A DNA stretch of 41,560 bases, from positions 1-41,560 of the forward strand of contig JAYZQJ010000195.1 in NCBI GenBank assembly GCA_036149055.1. The letters are read 5' to 3'. Position numbers and translations under genes: made by a program. Source of the stretch: Myxococcota bacterium. Its GTDB lineage: Bacteria > Myxococcota_A > Polyangia > Polyangiales > Sandaracinaceae. A model generated the notes under the pieces. That model saw nothing but the letters and a program-made list of their open reading frames with translations. It had not been told where the DNA came from and searched no databases. Each line of letters starts with the position of its first letter. The stretch's first letter is position 1. This document shows, in pieces, positions 39,650-41,560 of this stretch.

Positions 39650-41225
39650 GCAGCGCCTTGTAGAGCATGTTGCCGATCACGCGGTAGCCGGCCGGCGTCG
39701 CGTGCCGGAAGTCGCCGAAGGCGAGGCGAGGCTCGCTCCGGAACCAGGCCCGCATCGCGCCCTCCCCGCCCATCGCGGTGAAGGTGTCGAAGAACGCGCA
39801 GCCCTCGGCGCGCGCCGCGCGGCGCATCGCCTCGACGATGATCGGCACCGGCTCGAGCGTCTCGATCGCGCCTCGCTCGCTCCGGCGCGCCTGATCGAGC
39901 GGCGCCATCAGCAGGCAGGCGGCCTCGGGGCGAGCTCGGCGCACCAGGCGCGCGACCCGGCGGAAGTCGTCCTCGAACTGCTCGGGGGTGCGCGGATCGT
40001 CGGCGTCGTTGCCGCCGAAGCCGAGCACGATGAGGTCGGTCTGGCGGTGCGCGTGCTGGCGGCGGAAGTGCGCCTCGTCGTAGCCGAGCATGCGCCGCGC
40101 CCGCGCCCCGACCATGCCCAGCGAGTCGTAGACCACGCCCGGGCCGTCCCGCTCGAGCACCATGCCGTAGAGCCGGCTCTCGCCGCCGCCGATGGTGCGC
40201 AGCTCGAGCTCGTGGGGCCCGTCCGAGGTGCGCACCTCGTGCCACGCGTCGGTGGTCCCGTCGCCCCGGGTGCTGACCACCTGCCGCTCGCCGTCATCGA
40301 GGCGCAGGTCGAGGTTCCCGCCCCGCGGGTGCTGCTGGTACCAGAGCTCGAAGCGGCTCACCTGCCCGCCGATCGGGCCCCGGTCGCTGGTCCCGAACTC
40401 CGCGTGGCCGCCCGCGACCGAGCGGTACTGGACGCCGCCGTAGCCGTAGAGGTGATCGCGGAGGCCGGCGCGGACGAGCTGGATGAGCCGCCACTGGCCG
40501 GACGCCGAGTGGTCGACGTCGGTGTGGCGGTAGGGCATCGAGCCGCGCGAGATCAGGATGAAGCCGTGCCCGGCGTCGCCGAAGCGCTGCTGGAACCGCC
40601 GGCGCGCGGTGCTGGTGATGCCGTCGCCCGCGATCGAGGAGTCGCCGTAGTGCGCGATCCGGGTGATGGCGCCCGGCCGCCGCTCGGCGGTCCGGAGCAG
40701 CGCCTCGTAGAACGGCCGCATCGCCCGCCCGCCCGGGTCCTCGAGCTCGCGGACCAGCCCCTCGAGCTCGCTCGGCGCGATGCGCACGCGCGGCCCGGTC
40801 TCGCCCTCCTCCGGCTCGGGCGCGGGCGGCGGCGCCTCCTCGGCCTCCTCCGCGAGGTTGGCGGCGACGGCGTCCCCGAGCTGCTCGGCGATCGCGTCGT
40901 CGCCCCGGCCGGTCCGACGGCTGACCGCGCCTCCGGTCGCGACCGCCATGCCGCCCTCGGCCGGCTCCTCGGCGAGGAACATGCGCACGATCGGCGCCCC
41001 CTCGCCGGGGACCCAGGCCTGGAAGCGCTCGAAGTCCGCGCTCGCGTAGGGCACGAGGGCGAGCAGCCCGAGCACGAGGGTCGCGACGCCGAGGTGACGC
41101 ATCGCCCCGCCGGTCGCCGCGGTGCGGGCTTCCGTCGCCCGCTCCTCCACGTCCGACAGGGACTCGAGCAGGGTGTTCGAGCCCTCGTCGCCCAGCAGGT
41201 CTTCGCTCTTCTCTCGCTCGCTCAA
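39615..41225 (-). CDS. Membrane-anchored SGNH/GDSL family protein (PatB-like), paralog of 32024..33379
   Basis: HYGDSS, RFGDAGHGF (shared with paralog), LGMVGARA, FGGND, DFRHAT. Confidence 0.85.
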   Translation of the reverse strand: MSEREKSEDLLGDEGSNTLLESLSDVEERATEARTAATGGAMRHLGVATLVLGLLALVPYASADFERFQAWVPGEGAPIVRMFLAEEPAEGGMAVATGGAVSRRTGRGDDAIAEQLGDAVAANLAEEAEEAPPPAPEPEEGETGPRVRIAPSELEGLVRELEDPGGRAMRPFYEALLRTAERRPGAITRIAHYGDSSIAGDGITSTARRRFQQRFGDAGHGFILISRGSMPYRHTDVDHSASGQWRLIQLVRAGLRDHLYGYGGVQYRSVAGGHAEFGTSDRGPIGGQVSRFELWYQQHPRGGNLDLRLDDGERQVVSTRGDGTTDAWHEVRTSDGPHELELRTIGGGESRLYGMVLERDGPGVVYDSLGMVGARARRMLGYDEAHFRRQHAHRQTDLIVLGFGGNDADDPRTPEQFEDDFRRVARLVRRARPEAACLLMAPLDQARRSERGAIETLEPVPIIVEAMRRAARAEGCAFFDTFTAMGGEGAMRAWFRSEPRLAFGDFRHATPAGYRVIGNMLYKALLKGFADHLQRQ

Positions 41226-41373
41226 CGTCGCCTCGGACCCCGCGCGGGGGCGATCGATTCAGCCGACCCACAGGTGTAGCACCGCCTCCGGACGAGCGAC
41301 ACGAATCTGCCCTGCCGGCCGGGCTCGTGCCGCCGCAGCGGGGGGCGGGGGCGGACCCGTCTCGGTCGCTCCC

Positions 41374-41560
41374 ACTCGCAGGAAGGGAGGAGGGTCGGAA
41401 GGGAGGAAGAAGGGGCAGGTCAGGGCACGGCCGGGCGGCTCGCCCGGGCTCGACGACCGCTCCCCGCTCGGCCGCCCCCGCCGCTCCGTCTCGGCGCGTC
41501 GGTCTCTCCAACTCGCCGGAAGGGAGGAAGGTCGGAAGGGAGGAAGAAGGGGCAGGTCAG
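41374..41560. repeat. Two 50-bp purine-rich direct repeats (period 137 bp)
   Basis: 41374-41423 actcgcaggaagggaggagggtcggaagggaggaagaaggggcaggtcag and 41511-41560 actcgccggaagggaggaaggtcggaagggaggaagaaggggcaggtcag (2 mismatches). Confidence 0.85.

Overview
Very GC-rich bacterial DNA that looks myxobacterial (Polyangiales/Sandaracinus-like), judged from the AgmX/PglI-type, DUF4388, SET and Thg1-like genes and the codon style; this taxonomy is inference. About 35 real CDSs are present and most other long ORFs in the track are antisense or off-frame shadows. From left to right: a hypothetical gene; an AT-rich 40-bp-period repeat island; a Thg1-like 3'-5' polymerase; a minus-strand run of RND adaptor, RND permease, membrane protein, two duplicated HEAT-like genes, two small hypotheticals and a PIN nuclease; a five-gene translationally coupled operon (V4R-a, V4R-b, small Cys protein, cysteine desulfurase, internally duplicated protein); SET-domain protein; GNAT/CN-hydrolase; rimK; an ion-homeostasis operon (CPA antiporter, trkA, trkH, a 1515-aa CPA-helical-P-loop fusion, MscS-like); AgmX/PglI-domain protein; RAYT-like HUH transposase; caspase-fold peptidase; SGNH protein; AIM24; then a second cysteine desulfurase divergent from a six-gene operon (DUF4388, ParA, two Roadblock-like, fused V4R-V4R, small Cys protein); a second SGNH protein; and terminal purine-rich repeats. 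The top candidate for an undescribed system is the module that occurs twice in this window: two V4R domains with unusual His/Cys motifs, a small Cys protein and a cysteine desulfurase. The V4R pair is split in one copy, and fused and wired to a DUF4388/ParA/Roadblock cassette in the other. All family calls come from reading motifs by eye; no searches were run.
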